From Leptospira sp. (GTDB lineage: Bacteria; Spirochaetota; Leptospiria; Leptospirales; Leptospiraceae): a DNA stretch of 64,000 bases. Where the stretch lies: NCBI GenBank assembly GCA_034439575.1, contig JAWXAQ010000008.1, forward strand, positions 64,001 to 128,000, given 5' to 3'. The notes beneath the pieces were generated by a model. That model was given only the letters and a program-made list of their open reading frames with translations. It was not told the origin of the DNA and did not search any database. Shown here piece after piece: positions 61,368-64,000 of the stretch. Made by a program: the position numbers and the translations under genes. The number at the start of each line of letters is the position of its first letter. The first letter of the stretch is position 1.

Positions 61368-62669
61368 CTATGGGCAGGAAAGTTCTACGGTATAAGTCTG
61401 GCGAAACGGTACTTCAGGAACTGAGAATGTAGTTTCCCTTACGACAGTATCTGGGAACCCATCGACTTTTGAGGCATCACTCATACAGACCAGTTTATAT
61501 AAACCTGGATTCAAATATTTGATCTTAGCAGAAGTACGAGCGGGTGTTGCGGCAAGAGGCAAAGTATTAATTAATTCTGTCTCCGATGCTCTGAAAACAG
61601 CATAATGGTGAAGAAGTGAACCTGATCCACCAGTAATCACTAAACTCGATGCGATTTCTGGATAAATGACCCTCGATCGAGAAAGTAAATTTCCACCAGC
61701 ATCTCCTTCCCCTTTATGATCAAAAAATATATCACTTACACCGACGTAGGTTATCACCTGCGCCCTTGCCGAAAGATAGGAGTGTAACATTAAATTTTCT
61801 TTTAGATTCACCCTAACTTCGAGTATATAAGGATCAAATCCTTCTCGAATTTCCATATCAGCTTGGGTTCCTGATTGAGAATATAAAACAGGAAACATTT
61901 TCGGGACGATGCTATTTTTTGCCAAACTGGATGTTCCAGGGTTGTAATTATTTCTGGGTACTATATTCAATCCCGAACCAGGTATGATTCTGTTATCAAA
62001 TCGAGTTGTAGTGACAGGAACTCCTGCATCGTTCGCAAAACCTGTCACAAGCGATCTAAAATAAATCCCTGAATAATAGTAGTTTCGACCAAATGCATTT
62101 AAGCCATAATCTCCACCTTCCGTTTTAGCCGATGGGTCATTGGAAGGATAATGCGCGCCCGTTCCATTGAAAAAATCTATCATTTTCGCAAGACCGCCAT
62201 TCGCCTGACAGGTATCATTATCAAGGGAGTAAGGGTTTGTACAATATACTTGTCTATTTGGGGCAATAAAATCCCAAAATTTCGTAGAGTCCAGTGAATC
62301 TCTAATTTGTGTAAGGTTATTGAAACCTTTTTCAAATTTACTGGATATTCTAATCTCACCGATATCTACATAGATTGGTAAAGTTCCAGCCGTTGGTATA
62401 TTTATAAGACTCATCGTCGGGTCATTGCCTGGTTCTTGAGAGTCGACATATAGTGAACCTGAACCATTATTGTATTCAGAAAAATCAAGCGGACTATCTG
62501 TAGAATAGGTGCCCTTTAACAAGAGTAACATTCTATTATTAAAAAGAGTCGAAAGCACAGGCAAATTTGTTTCGTGCCCTAAATCCAATTTCGTTTTACA
62601 ATTGAATGTACCAAATAATGTGAAACCGAAGAACATTACATTCGTAAATAAGTGTATAATGAATTTCAT
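61368..62669 (-). CDS. Surface lipoprotein, hypothetical
   Basis: Signal peptide ending GTFNC; beta-rich 433 aa. Confidence 0.7.
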   Translation of the reverse strand: MKFIIHLFTNVMFFGFTLFGTFNCKTKLDLGHETNLPVLSTLFNNRMLLLLKGTYSTDSPLDFSEYNNGSGSLYVDSQEPGNDPTMSLINIPTAGTLPIYVDIGEIRISSKFEKGFNNLTQIRDSLDSTKFWDFIAPNRQVYCTNPYSLDNDTCQANGGLAKMIDFFNGTGAHYPSNDPSAKTEGGDYGLNAFGRNYYYSGIYFRSLVTGFANDAGVPVTTTRFDNRIIPGSGLNIVPRNNYNPGTSSLAKNSIVPKMFPVLYSQSGTQADMEIREGFDPYILEVRVNLKENLMLHSYLSARAQVITYVGVSDIFFDHKGEGDAGGNLLSRSRVIYPEIASSLVITGGSGSLLHHYAVFRASETELINTLPLAATPARTSAKIKYLNPGLYKLVCMSDASKVDGFPDTVVRETTFSVPEVPFRQTYTVELSCP

Positions 62670-63304
62670 ATCAAAACACCAACCATAAGTCCAAAATAGA
62701 AAAAGTCTGCATTTTCTAAGCGGTAGTAATTTGGGTTCAAAAGGCGCGGATCGTCATAGGGACTTGCAAGGGGGATCCTGTAAGTATCCGGGACATCTAG
62801 ACTTGTTTCTCGAATTTGGTTGTAATCAAACCTAACACCGATTCGTATCCTTTTCCCAGCGATAAAACTTGCTTCCAGGCCTGCATACACGAGTGGGTTC
62901 CAGCGAGCTGTATCGGAGGGTCTTGCCACTACATATGCCTGACCACCACCAGCTTTTACGAAAAATTGGATGGGTAGCTCGACTGGAATGCGGTAGGCTA
63001 GGGCCGCATAAAGGGGGATAGTCGTCAATCCTCGTTCCGATTTGGATAGAAAAACAGCATAAGAAGTGCCAAATTCTGTATAAAACATATACGGAAAAGG
63101 AATCCGACCATACAGTCCGCCACCGAGAGTCGTATCCAATAATTCTATGGTTTTTGTTCCAGGAAATGGATTCCCAGCACCGACCCAACCACCAACTTCA
63201 TAGCGTCTTTTATTGTAATCTTCTACTGTTTCCGAAAAGAGCACAGATGAGGATGCGAAAAAAAATGCGCAGAGGAGTGCAATTTTAAGGAAACTGAGGT
63301 TCAT
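62666..63304 (-). CDS. Probable small outer-membrane beta-barrel protein
   Basis: Signal peptide from ATG 63304; alternating aromatic/Gly strands; C-terminal strand FFYFGLMVGVLI. Confidence 0.65.
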   Translation of the reverse strand: MNLSFLKIALLCAFFFASSSVLFSETVEDYNKRRYEVGGWVGAGNPFPGTKTIELLDTTLGGGLYGRIPFPYMFYTEFGTSYAVFLSKSERGLTTIPLYAALAYRIPVELPIQFFVKAGGGQAYVVARPSDTARWNPLVYAGLEASFIAGKRIRIGVRFDYNQIRETSLDVPDTYRIPLASPYDDPRLLNPNYYRLENADFFYFGLMVGVLI

Positions 63305-64000
63305 AAAGCGGTTGAATCTGTGGATAATTTTGATAATAAGCTCGTACAAAATAAAGACCATGTGGGGGAAGTGTCATTCCTGCTTTGGTGCGGTCTTCTT
63401 CCCCTAATATTGATGCTATGGATCTAGATTCCCAACGTCCCTTTCCAATGTCCAGTAAAGTTCCAACAGTAATCCTCACCATATTGTGCATAAAACCATT
63501 GGCTTTAATCCGAATTCTAAAAATTTCGGGAACCAAAGTATCTCGTTCTAATTCGATCGTTTGGATCTCGCGAATGGCTCTTTTGCCTTTCATGGAATTT
63601 TTTTTTGTAAGGGAACGAAAATCTTTTTCTCCAAGCAAATAGGGAAGTTCCGCTTTCACTCTTTCCCAATCAACGCGTTGTTTGATCCAGAGAGCATGTT
63701 TTTCATAATGAACGCAAGGGTACTTTGAATAATAAATTTGGTATACGTATTCTCTAGAAGTGCAAGAAAACCTGGCATGAAAATCATCTGGAACTTCTGT
63801 AGCTCGCCTAACGGTGACTCCTTCAGCAGACAATGAATTTAAAGAATGAAGAAGTTTATATAAATTCGGAATTGGGAAATCTGTCTTAAAATGACAAATC
63901 ATTCCGAGAGAATGGACTCCCGTATCTGTTCTACCTGCGACAAAGAGAGAAGTGTGTGGGTTTTTTGCTAATATGATTTTTAGCGAGTCTTCAAGTGTAC
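63285..64000 (-). CDS. truA: tRNA pseudouridine(38-40) synthase, partial (start lies beyond the window)
   Basis: Frame extends upstream of the tracked ATG to give AGRTDTGVHS; also FHARF, GFMHNMVR, PPHGLYF. Confidence 0.95.
   Translation of the reverse strand, partial: TLEDSLKIILAKNPHTSLFVAGRTDTGVHSLGMICHFKTDFPIPNLYKLLHSLNSLSAEGVTVRRATEVPDDFHARFSCTSREYVYQIYYSKYPCVHYEKHALWIKQRVDWERVKAELPYLLGEKDFRSLTKKNSMKGKRAIREIQTIELERDTLVPEIFRIRIKANGFMHNMVRITVGTLLDIGKGRWESRSIASILGEEDRTKAGMTLPPHGLYFVRAYYQNYPQIQPLYEPQFP

Noticed and set aside
1..64000. CRISPR arrays, IS elements, prophage or defence systems
   Set aside because: No repeat-spacer array, transposase, integrase or phage gene recognised; short dispersed repeats could have been missed by eye

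Overview
AT-rich, gene-dense chromosomal window, most likely from a Leptospira (inferred from spirochaetal-type lipoprotein signals, several SpoIIE/STAS proteins and overall gene content). I found no integrase, transposase, phage gene or CRISPR array. Housekeeping genes: gpmI, mpl-like ligase, pheS, rpsT, tRNA-Val(TAC), glmM-glmS-GlmU-like, ruvB, HtrA, sufE, rsmD, pbpC, an LptF/G permease and partial truA. Modules of interest: (1) a poly-gamma-glutamate operon pgsB-pgsC-pgsW with no pgsA/capA in the window; (2) a compact cobalamin riboswitch upstream of a BtuB-like TonB-dependent receptor and a beta-propeller-like lipoprotein; (3) a GldA/F/G-like ABC module; (4) a thiolase-fold protein lacking the catalytic Cys, apparently fused to a DUF35-like OB fold; (5) a DprE1/DprE2-like pair divergent from an MBOAT + SGNH O-acylation pair; (6) a class III adenylate cyclase followed by a FecR + Fn3-repeat protein and two secreted proteins, with no ECF sigma factor in the window. 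All calls come from motif recognition by eye; no database searches were run.
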